A stretch of 64,000 nucleotides of DNA from Nitrososphaerales archaeon. GTDB taxonomy: Archaea > Thermoproteota > Nitrososphaeria > Nitrososphaerales > UBA213. Position 1 is the first letter of the stretch; each line of letters begins with the position of its first letter. A model generated the notes under the pieces. That model searched no databases. It saw nothing but the letters and a program-made list of their open reading frames with translations, and was not told where the DNA came from. Below, piece after piece: positions 54,211 to 64,000 of the stretch. A program made the translations under genes and the position numbers. The stretch spans positions 1 to 64,000 of the forward strand of contig CBDAOC010000001.1 in the NCBI GenBank assembly GCA_965197925.1, written 5' to 3'.

Positions 54211-54817
54211 TAACAGATGAAGTTATTTTGATATTACTATCAAGCAAGAAAGAACTGACATTTGACAGGAGATATTATAACATCATGGACACGTCTTAAG
54301 GAATATCAGGATATACAAGAACAGTCATAATCCTTGGCTAGTACTATCTTATTCTGATTAGCTCACTTCACGATTCCTTCTATATTCAAAGAAAAAGATA
54401 TACATCCGATAAAGTATTTGTATAGCCTGCATACAAATGGCGAAAAGATAATGATAAATTTTACCATAAACAAGGCTAAGAATATTTTCCGTGCAAGTGG
54501 AGTGGTGTAGAGAAAGTTCATGGGTGATAGGATAACCGTAAATGTATACAATAACGGAAAGAAGAGAAAAAGCTATACACCAGATCATATAGCTGCTATG
54601 TCGAATAATTAGCAACAAGATCATGAATATTTGGTAGATTGAGATTTTGATCAGTTATTATCATTAAGATTCATGCCTGATAGTAATTCGAATTGGGTAC
54701 AATGAAGCACAGGTTAGAAGGGGAGAGTTACTTGATATGGATTTGATAGATTCATGGCCCGGCGAATTAGCAAGAATGAATGAAGAAATTATTCAATATA
54801 GTATTTTGCTATCTATC

Positions 54818-55154
54818 CTTGCAGCAAACTTCTGAAGAGTTGAATAATATGGGACTCTAATTGTAGATACATTCTAAGATAGAATGCCTCATGGAGCTAT
54901 TCTACGAACCTTCTGTAGCTCTTCCCTTCACTGTCTTAGCACTAGAAAGATAAAGTGCTACCATACAGTTAGATGTGATTGCTCTTCCTATGCATGTATA
55001 AAGGCACTCTAGCCTGCCTCAAAACATTGAGCACCGTTTTGGCAGGTTTGACATATCTTGATTCCTTCATATGTAGGTATAAGTCATCTAGCACATTGAT
55101 CTAATGATGCAATTCCATATACAATGGATTAATATCTATGGTTTCTACAAAGGC
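54818..55154 (-). mobile_element. old degenerate type A IS fragment
   Basis: Diverged match to the 5' end of type A with TIR remnant ATGGTTTCTACAAAGGC. Confidence 0.75.
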
Positions 55155-55323
55155 TTACTAATTTGTGTTATAATTATAAAAGTCTATTTTTATCAAAATA
55201 GACAATCGACTCTTGACACAAAATTTAACCTTTATAGTTTTTGTTCGCTACCTTCTAAAGAAAAGAGTCTATGAGCTATTAATGATCGGTAAACTTTAAT
55301 TTTCATCAATCGAGTTACTTCGC

Positions 55324-56184
55324 ATGCAGGAAATTAGAGTTTCTGTTACACAATTCAAGTTGAGACCATATAAGACTTTTGAAAGATTCTCAGAATCAGT
55401 ACTTAATGTAACCAAAAAAACAAAAAAGGCAGATTTTCTTGTATTTGGAGAATGGTTCATGCTTGGCTTGTTAGCCATAAATACAAATTTAGCAAATGCA
55501 AACTATTCTAATATAAGAAATATTTCAAAATACACAGATGATTATATTGAGTTGTTCAGCAAATTGGCAAAAGAAAGAGACCAATTCATAGTGGGGGGAA
55601 CTACTGTTGAACTTGATAATGACAAATATTATGACACATGCTTTATGTTTGATCCAGGTGGTAATATCCATAAGCATAGAAAGACCCACGTCTTTCCATT
55701 AGAGAGAGAAAAATGGGGTATATCAAAGTATGACAATCTGAAGGTAATAAAGACTGAAAAGGCGAAGGTAGGTATTTGTATTTGCTATGAATCGCAAATA
55801 CCGGAATGTGCAAGGATGCTTACAATCAAGGGTGCTGAAATAATTTTTTGTCCATCATTGACCCTTACCATAGCTGGGTACCATAGGATAAGACATTCAT
55901 GTGAAGCCAGGTCCATAGAGAATCAGTTAATCACGGTGATGAGCAGTGTAATAGGAAATCTCTCTCCAATGAATGTGAGTGGGAAAGGAAAATCTTCTAT
56001 TTTAGCACCCTGTGACAAGCCCTGGCCTAGCGACGGAATAATTGCAGAAGGCATGATGAATAAAGAGATGGTTATTGCAGCTAAATTCAATTTAGATGAT
56101 ATCTACGTCACAAGAGAAAAAGGGGCGGCCAGACCCCATAAGGATAGAATGAAGAGGTCATCTTTATACAGAAAATGGTATTAG
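55324..56184 (+). CDS. carbon-nitrogen hydrolase (nitrilase superfamily)
   Basis: Catalytic triad contexts FGE, RKTH and ICYE; ARSIENQ. Confidence 0.9.
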   Translation: MQEIRVSVTQFKLRPYKTFERFSESVLNVTKKTKKADFLVFGEWFMLGLLAINTNLANANYSNIRNISKYTDDYIELFSKLAKERDQFIVGGTTVELDNDKYYDTCFMFDPGGNIHKHRKTHVFPLEREKWGISKYDNLKVIKTEKAKVGICICYESQIPECARMLTIKGAEIIFCPSLTLTIAGYHRIRHSCEARSIENQLITVMSSVIGNLSPMNVSGKGKSSILAPCDKPWPSDGIIAEGMMNKEMVIAAKFNLDDIYVTREKGAARPHKDRMKRSSLYRKWY

Positions 56185-56367
56185 TTCATAACAACTCTAG
56201 GACTTGTATTTCATAACCTTAAAAAATCTAATATGCTGTTAAAAGGTCAAGCCCTCTTATATTGTTCTACATAACAATCAATTTCAATAGGTATGAATCA
56301 GGTGATTACGATATTTTTATTACGTTAAATATCAAGATTTTAATATCTGATTTTAGGTAGCGAATAT

Positions 56368-56922
56368 ATGGTAAAAACACCATCCAGTCATACATTACAA
56401 CCGGGACAAAAGGCCCCTGATTTTAGTCTGAAAGGAATTGATAGCAAATTATATTCATTAAAGGACTTTAGCTCTAAAGCATTACTCGTAGTTTTCATAT
56501 GCAATCATTGTCCTTACGTAATTGCCAGGATCGAGGATATAATTGCTTTACAGAAAAAATTCAAAGATAGTTTGAGGGTTGTGGGAATAAACAGTAACGA
56601 TCCAAATTACGAAGGAGAGGGTTTTCAAAACATGGTAAGATTTGCTGAAGAAAGAAACGTGAACTTTCCCTACCTGATTGACGAAACTCAAGACTTGGCA
56701 AGAAAATACGGAGCAACATGCACACCAGACCCATTTCTCTTTGACACTGACAAAAAATTGGTATTCCATGGGAGAATAAATGATGCTATGGAACCAGAGC
56801 AGAAACCTCTAACACTAATAATGGAAAATAATATAGAAAAATTACTCAATGGCGATACGATCGAGAAACCCTTTGACCCCTCAATAGGCTGCTCTATAAA
56901 ATGGAAGACTCCTGTAGATTAG
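56368..56922 (+). CDS. AhpC/TSA-type thioredoxin-family protein
   Basis: APDFSL, FICNHCPYV, GATCTPD and SIGCSIKW motifs. Confidence 0.92.
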   Translation: MVKTPSSHTLQPGQKAPDFSLKGIDSKLYSLKDFSSKALLVVFICNHCPYVIARIEDIIALQKKFKDSLRVVGINSNDPNYEGEGFQNMVRFAEERNVNFPYLIDETQDLARKYGATCTPDPFLFDTDKKLVFHGRINDAMEPEQKPLTLIMENNIEKLLNGDTIEKPFDPSIGCSIKWKTPVD

Positions 56923-56975
56923 CTCATCTTTATCAACTTTCGAGTTCATAATATCTAGTATCACTGAAATTTTTT

Positions 56976-57326
56976 ATGATATCATGGGACCATTGTGGTA
57001 ATATGTGCATAAATGATTTTACAGTTGCATGTGCAATAGATGGATCACCTCCTTACTTTGCATATGAAGGAGAAACGATGTTGATTATTGATTCTGAAGC
57101 ACATGAAAAAAGTGGAGTGAGTGGATTTCTTGAAATAGAAATACATATGGAAGCACTGATTTCTCATGAATCAATACATGTTGTGATCAAGAAACTTGAG
57201 AACCAGGAAGTATCTGACTCATTGGATGATTTAGAAATAATAGTGCGTCGGAAGGGATTGGATTTTCAAGTTACACTCAACAACATTGCTTTTGCCGCTG
57301 ATAAGTCGGGTATAGTTTTACCATAA
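56976..57326 (+). CDS. hypothetical protein with HExxH motif
   Basis: SHESIH; 116 aa. Confidence 0.65.
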   Translation: MISWDHCGNMCINDFTVACAIDGSPPYFAYEGETMLIIDSEAHEKSGVSGFLEIEIHMEALISHESIHVVIKKLENQEVSDSLDDLEIIVRRKGLDFQVTLNNIAFAADKSGIVLP

Positions 57327-57497
57327 GTAATTTTTGTCTTCTTCATTCACGAGTTTTTCCATATCAAGATGGTTGTTAGGGCTTTGGGTATATCACCAAT
57401 AGTTAACCACAAGAATTTGAATCGATGACCAAAGCTAAATTTCAAATTGTAGTTCCCCATAATTTTGATTTCATTGTGTTTGCTTAACGTAAGTAAT

Positions 57498-58163
57498 TTA
57501 GATTACAACTTTAGGATTTGCCTTCTTGACCTTCTCCCAATCATCAAGAAACGCTTTAAGCCCCTTATCTGTTAATGGATGTCTGATCATTTTTCCCAAT
57601 ACATCTGGGGGCATAGTAACAATATCAGCACCTATCTTCCCTGCTTCTATGACATGCAAAGGATGCCTAACACTTGCAACCAACACTTGTGTTTTAATAT
57701 TATAGTTTCTAAATATCTGCACTATCTCCCTTATCACATCCATTCCAATATGGCCAGCATCATCAAGCCTACCAATGAATGGACTCACAAACGAGGCTCC
57801 GGCTTTAGCTGCCAAAAGACCCTGATTGGCAGAAAATATCAATGTGCAATTGGTATTAATGCCTTCTTGTCTGAGAGTATTAATTGCCTTTAATCCTTCA
57901 GCTATCATGGGTATTTTTACAACTACATTTTGACCGAACTTCTTCAACATATGGGCTTCTTCCAACATCCCTTCAGTGTTGGTGCTTACTACTTCTAAGC
58001 TTACTGGACCCTTCACTATCTTCACAATCTCAGCCATTATGTTTGCAGGATCACCTTCCTCCTTAGACAGGAGAGTTGGGTTTGTAGTTATGCCGTCCAG
58101 TACACCCAAATCGTTGTACTTTCTAATTGAGTCTAGATTGGCCGTATCCAGAAAAATCTTCAT
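57498..58163 (-). CDS. fsa: transaldolase / fructose-6-phosphate aldolase
   Basis: MKIFLDTAN, GITTNPTL, VVKIP, SPFIGRLDD and HPLTDKG motifs; start moved to MKIF. Confidence 0.93.
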   Translation of the reverse strand: MKIFLDTANLDSIRKYNDLGVLDGITTNPTLLSKEEGDPANIMAEIVKIVKGPVSLEVVSTNTEGMLEEAHMLKKFGQNVVVKIPMIAEGLKAINTLRQEGINTNCTLIFSANQGLLAAKAGASFVSPFIGRLDDAGHIGMDVIREIVQIFRNYNIKTQVLVASVRHPLHVIEAGKIGADIVTMPPDVLGKMIRHPLTDKGLKAFLDDWEKVKKANPKVVI

Positions 58164-58342
58164 ATTCTTTAAATTCCCACCTGTGATACAACTCGTAGAC
58201 ACCAACCACCATAATTCTCTGCAATTCTAGAGCACATACTTCCATAAGGTTGGATTAATTCATTTAAAAACATAACTTCTAAATGAAGTCGTTATGGTAT
58301 ACTTATCTTAAAGGGGGAAACTATCTACTTTTAATAATTAAC

Positions 58343-59435
58343 TGAGACTTGGGCATAATTCAATTATAATATTATTTTGAAATTATTACTATTAGCTTCC
58401 CAACATATACTTCAATGCCCTAAGAGGCCTTCCTGTCAAGTAGTTGTAGTAAACCATTACCTGATACAACAATACTGATAACAACACTATACTCCTTACC
58501 TTATCAAATCCTCTAACTGGCAATGGATCTATGGTAAATACATCCTTCATATGCTCTATCAATGGCTCAACGCTTATGCTCCTCCGAGAATATACATGCT
58601 GCCCATATTCAGAGTTATAGAACTGCAGCAATGCCAGTCTATTATTATCTGTAGCATGCCTATACCTTTCCAATGGGAATACTGGATGCCCTCTATACCT
58701 GCTGAAATCACATAACTTGTGATCATCATATCCTTCATCTCCTACAACATACCTTACCATTCCTGTAGGCAATGAAGATGTTATGCTTTCATACATCTTG
58801 TTATCAGTAATGTTAGCTGTTGTGAAATCAGCTGATAATGGAACTATCAATGAACCTGTGCTACATGCTAGATGCATCTTGTATCCAAATACCCATCCCT
58901 TGGTTCTGCTGAATCCCCATCGAGCATCTGTATCTATACCCGAGCGTGGCACTTCATTCTTCATGTTTGATCTATGCCATACATGTCCCTTTGCTTTCAA
59001 CAATGAACTGTCAACGGATACTATGGATGAGTCTACCAACCCATCTTTTATGAAGAGCATACCCATAACATCTATCCTTGATCTTATGTCAATTGATATG
59101 GTCTTGACCTTCTGTCGAATGTTCTTTTATCTGGCAACCTATCAAGACCACATGATTCCATAACTCTCCTGTTGTATGGCATGTCTATCGAAAAATATTG
59201 ATGTAACACATTGTTGCTTGGTATTCTTACCCATACTCTAACGATGAAGCATCTCATCATTACTGTAGGAGAATAGTAGAATGGTCTACCTCTTTTCCTA
59301 TTAGGTTTTGTCCAAGGAATCACGTCAATCAAAAATAATATACGAAGAAGTATCGAGTCTGAGCTAAACATATCAACAATGAAAAATGGAACCTGATCTT
59401 ATCGTTTCGACCGGCTTAATTATGCCCAAGCCTCA
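58343..59435 (-). mobile_element. IS element, type F, full length and frameshifted
   Basis: TIR TGAGACTTGGGCATAATT / AATTATGCCCAAGCCTCA; ORFs 59084-59371 and 58392-59066. Confidence 0.92.
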
Positions 59436-59660
59436 AATACATAGGAAGCGGTTAATGGTATAATACCGATTAGTGGATTTACAGCTGAGAAGAGGCGACG
59501 TAAATCCAGTTCTGTTTATTGCACCGTGATGTTTATTCTGGTTACTTAGTTAAACTAAATTATTGAAGAGTCTCTAATGTTCAATTCAATTAGTTGATCA
59601 TCAATATTTGTTTCTTGTAATAGCCTAACTGGTATTTTGAGCCGATAGTTCACATGAGTT

Positions 59661-60116
59661 CTAATTACATTCGTGGATCGGAAATGCCGAGGAGTATTCG
59701 ACTCTGAATTTCCTTCCCCAACCTTTAGCTTGCTTAGCTACCTGTAGTAGGAACAAACCCTTCAAGTAGGTATACCAACCCTCAGCGATCAGTGAGCGCG
59801 CATATGATTCAAGGGCAAAACGCTGCTCCTCAAGTAATCTGAAGAACTTGTCGGCCGAACCAAAAGCTCTCACTACAAATTCGAATGCTTCTCTGCTAGT
59901 TGCGACAGGGCAAGCTATTTCTGACAACCGTTTGTATCCAGAATTCATTGATCGGTACGCGTTACCAAAATCCGTATCCTCCATATAAGAAGAAAAGCGA
60001 GCACATGGGGACGAAAAGGCATTTTTGGAAATTGAATTATTAACAAACGAAACGGATATACCCGTATTGGTTTTTCCGATTATCTGATTTAGATAATCCA
60101 GGAGCCTCATAGTCAT
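59661..60116 (-). CDS. hypothetical protein
   Basis: 151-aa ORF, TTTAAATA box upstream, higher GC than flanks. Confidence 0.5.
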   Translation of the reverse strand: MTMRLLDYLNQIIGKTNTGISVSFVNNSISKNAFSSPCARFSSYMEDTDFGNAYRSMNSGYKRLSEIACPVATSREAFEFVVRAFGSADKFFRLLEEQRFALESYARSLIAEGWYTYLKGLFLLQVAKQAKGWGRKFRVEYSSAFPIHECN

Positions 60117-60583
60117 GTCTGTACGCCTAGACTACAATATTATTTAAAGTTTGGACATTTTATCAAGTGAAGTTGAAAGCGACGGGAAAAAATATTTAGA
60201 TACTATCTAACTCACCAAATGGGTTCTATACCTTGAAACCTAAAAAAAGGACAAGCCGACCTTGAATAGACCCCTAATTAATCAGGATCATTTATTAGAA
60301 TTCCCTTTGGGCTTGTTTGTCAAGAAATTCTTACACAATTGGAATCGTAAACATTAATTGTCATTAACGGATGCGCCAATTTTCATTATCACCAACCTAA
60401 TTACTTTATTCTGACGTTGTCATTTGTTTTTCCGTAATCTGTGGAAGTTGTTTGAATGACATGATAAATCAACGGTTATACTGATCAGAATCGCATCATA
60501 TCAAATATTCACAATCTTCTGACTAATAATTCGGCACAGCATATATAGAAGCCGCTTGAAGAAATAACAGAAGTGAAATTATA

Positions 60584-61173
60584 ATGGATCCTGAAATTGA
60601 GCAGAGTAGAAAGGCTACTTATAGAATTAATTCCCTGATATTGAACAGATGGTCTCCAAGATCCATGACGGGAGAAGAGTTGAATCATGAAGAGCTGATG
60701 AGCCTGTTTGAAGCTGCAAGATGGGCTCCGTCTTCATACAATAACCAACCATGGAGATTCATTTATGCAAAGCTTAACACGCAACAGTGGGACAGATTCT
60801 ACAATCTAATGGTAGAGGGTAACAAGAGCTGGGCAAAGGAGGCTTCCGTACTTGTTGTAGTCATTTCCAGGAAGAATTTCGAGTTTAACGAGAAACCATC
60901 AATAACCCATGAATTGGACACTGGTGCTGCATGGGAAAAGTTGGCATTAGAGGCAACTTCAAAAGGTTTAGTTACACATGGTCTACAGGGGTTTGATTAC
61001 GAAAGAGCGAGGGAAGTTTTGGAAATTCCGGATAGCTATGATGTGTTAGCTATGGTTGCCATAGGCAAAAAGGCTCCAAAGGAGAATCTCCCCCACAACT
61101 TCAGGAAAGAGAATTCCCTAGTGAAAGAAAACCCTTGAAAGAAATTGTGATGGAAGGAAAATTTATACCCTGA
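60584..61173 (+). pseudogene. nitroreductase with a frameshift near the 3' end
   Basis: RWSPR and AARWAPSSYNNQPWRF. The expected tail PQLQEREFPSERKPLKEIV continues in another frame after the C-run near 61090. Confidence 0.8.
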
Positions 61174-61552
61174 ATTAGAAGAATCTCCAATCCCTAACAG
61201 AATCCAAATTTGCAAAAGATAATTAATTTTTTCTGTCATTACAACCAATTAACCCCAACGCTGGGTTTGATTTATTTTTCAATTTGTAAAATGAAGGTAT
61301 ATTATTGTTAATCGATACTTGTAGAATTAGAGTTTACAGTGGATGTGATTGCTTTGACCGTAAAACTTAGTTACGGACTTGACTTAAAACGTGGCTCCGT
61401 CAGATGTGACACATCGTGATTCCTTCATGTGTAGAAGTGGGCAATATACCATAAATTGATCACTTGACAATTACACATACAATTGGCTAGGATGTATGAA
61501 TTCTAGAGTATCATGATTTAAAAATTAAATAGTTCCTTATTCACTTTAGGTT

Positions 61553-62044
61553 ATGTCTACAGAAGAATATGTTAAACCAGAAGAAGGGGACATTTTACCA
61601 GAACTGACTCAACATACTGAAGATCTGAAATTGTTCTAACTAGAAACAGAAAGACCTGTTATGAAAGCAGCAACCAAACCTACATCTCATGGATGTATCG
61701 GTTTGGGAAAAAGGCTAGAAGTATGTTGTGATGTTTATGATGGAAAAGTAGATATCTATATGAACATTTTGGGACAGCGAGTAGCTGGTAGAAGCATTGA
61801 TTCCAATGGCACGACTCAAGACTATGCAGCAAATATAGGATTTGCTAAGGTTAGTGGAAGTTATCGTGTAGATTGGAACAAGAAAACGGTCTCAGTAAAA
61901 GGAAAGGCCTGTTACTGGAAAGTAGTAAAATGGGTTGCGTATCCTACAGCAAAACTATCTTATCTTGGTAGTTTTGCCATTTTTTCAATTAAAGTATCAA
62001 TATTCAAAATAGATACAAAATTTTTATCCAATATGGGAATGTAA
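61553..62044 (+). pseudogene. hypothetical gene, apparently interrupted
   Basis: Short ORF from ATG 61553 followed by the Cys/Trp-containing ORF 61661-62044. Confidence 0.35.
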
Positions 62045-62329
62045 AGTAAAAGAAAGATGATTCCAAAAATGCATAATCTTATCTAGGATTATGGCAAACT
62101 GATTCGATGTGTAAAAGAAGGGCCGGGTTGAAGGTGACAAGTGTAAAATATGGAGGGAGACAAAAATATCAATATAGATCCAAAGTTGATCTGGTGCAGA
62201 AAAATTTGGGAATTATGAAATTATTGATGGTAATAACATTCTCATAAGTAAACACGATATTGGTTACTTTATCGCAATGAATCAAGATGCAATAGAAATG
62301 TTATGTTCACTATTCACTACTTTTGTTTG

Positions 62330-62430
62330 TCGTTATGGTTTATGTTCCTCCCATGGTAACATTTTGTGAAGAATCCCCTGGTATAGAAAAAATCGAGATC
62401 ACCGGTACTACAGTTATACCAGAATTTCAT
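62330..62430 (+). pseudogene. PEFG-CTERM protein C-terminal remnant
   Basis: Hand translation GIEKIEITGTTVIPEF. Confidence 0.6.
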
Positions 62431-62878
62431 CTAGATCTCGTTGTCTTGTCTGCTACTTTCCTGGAATCCTGCTAGTGGTTTTATATCGAGTAAGCCCAAG
62501 ATCCAGGGTACTGTGCCCCAGAGTGATGAGTTAGGTATTCCGGTCTTTGCCCTGTAAGAATGCTTCTCTAAGGATTTCATGATGTTCAATTCATCACATT
62601 CCGGTATAGACTTTCTAGTCATTATTGGTTTATGATTTAATAGAACACTCCAATGGTTAGTTGACATTACCATCTTTAAGGTTGTACTAAGAAGATGGGT
62701 AAAGAAGAATTTGTCGAGGAAGCATTTTCATGATCTTTAGTCTGAATAAATAGTAGAAAAGATACCATTCTGAATACCTACTATAGACATACCATTCTGA
62801 ATACCTAGTTGATAAGACATCAAACATAATTAGGGAATGTCAAATCTCTCATTTAGGACCATGATATGAAATCGTAAG

Positions 62879-63665
62879 ATGACCAAGTTACTTAATCCGC
62901 TGCAGTCAAGAGCGACAGCAATAGTTTTGAGCTTACTTCTGCTAGGTTCAGGAGCCTTGTACGTGAAGCAAGCCGGCGCTGAAGAAGGAGAAACTTTTGA
63001 TGTTTCGGCAGACTCTACCTCAACAAAACTCCTCCCGATGTTAACAATGGAAATAAAATCTTCCTTCGTGTAGCTGGTACTGATATTCTGAGCACAAGGG
63101 CAGTTGTGAAGTTTGACCAAGACCAGATTGAAAACAGCTCTAGCGGCACGCTGATTTCGGCCACATTACAACTTGAGATTGATGTAACCAACAACAATTA
63201 GGGTAGTGGTAGAACCATCGACATCCATAGGTTGACTAGCCCTTGGAATGAAACAGATGTCACATGGAATTTTCCAGAGTACCACCGGAGGTGATTTCGT
63301 AGCAACAGCCACAGACACAGTCACCATCACCAATGGTCAGACTAACACCGTTGAGTTTGACATCCTAGAGGACATCGAAGCGTTCGTTTCTGGAACGCCA
63401 AATTATGGTTGGATTATCAAGAAGGTCGATGAGACATCTGGGTGTGGTATTGACTTTAAATCGAGGGAAGCAGGAACGCCAAAATTGGTGATTGCATTCT
63501 CGTCTCCATTAACCACAAGTGGTGGTAATGGTTGCCGCACATGGACCACGTTGAATGACGAAGCAATAGCAGAACTCCCTACAAATGTGGATCATAGGCG
63601 ATGCACAATAATCGACAACAAAGCACCCAAGATTGTAAGAGCATTCATGACACCAGGTAATTATC
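62879..63665 (+). pseudogene. secreted DNRLRE/disaggregatase-like domain protein, frameshifted and IS-truncated
   Basis: Signal peptide, VSADS, RAVVKFD, SATLQL, IHRLTSPWNETDVTW and NYGWIIKK spread over different frames. Confidence 0.7.
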
Positions 63666-64000
63666 TGAGGCTTGGGCGTAATTTAGTTCGAAACGATAAG
63701 ATCAGGTTCCATTTTTCATTGTTGATATGTTTAGCTCAGACTCGATACTTCTTCGTATATTATTTTTGATTGACGTGATTCCTTGGACAAAACCTAATAG
63801 GAAAAGAGGTAGACCATTCTACTATTCTCCTACAGTAATGATGAGATGCTTCATCGTTAGAGTATGGGTAAGAATACCAAGCAACAATGTGTTACATCAA
63901 TATTTTTCGATAGACATGCCATACAACAGGAAGGTAATGAAGGCATGTGGTCTTGATAGGTTGCCAGATAAAAGAACATTCGACAGAAGGTCAAGACCAT
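63666..64000 (+). mobile_element. IS element, type F, left part; runs off the window
   Basis: TGAGGCTTGGGCGTAATT TIR; sequence is the reverse complement of the right part of 58343-59435. Confidence 0.9.

Overview
AT-rich archaeal chromosome segment, most likely from Nitrososphaeria/Thaumarchaeota (PEFG-CTERM fragment, thaumarchaeal-type Cas1-solo, AcnX mevalonate genes, PurP, GPN GTPase, tRNA with a BHB intron). Intact core genes (thrB, GPN GTPase, acnX pair, nth, fused cysH-sat, mpgS, asnB, purP, ABC transporter, tatAC, fsa) alternate with heavily decayed accessory DNA. That DNA holds about 14 complete or partial IS copies, including a triple-nested stack, many pseudogenes, and two different CRISPR arrays with no cas operon in the window. 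The best candidate for an undescribed system is a cassette at ~15.8-19.5 kb. It has a canonical-motif FtsZ-family GTPase, two paralogous ribbon-helix-helix proteins and a perfect 34-bp x 8.6 tandem array, which resembles a TubZRC-like (GTPase + adaptor + centromere) architecture. Other leads are an intact orphan casposase, an AbiTii-TOPRIM fusion beside a CRISPR array, an mpgS-HAD-asnB cluster, an APS reductase-ATP sulfurylase fusion and a small structured RNA candidate. All protein calls come from motif recognition by eye; no database searches were run.
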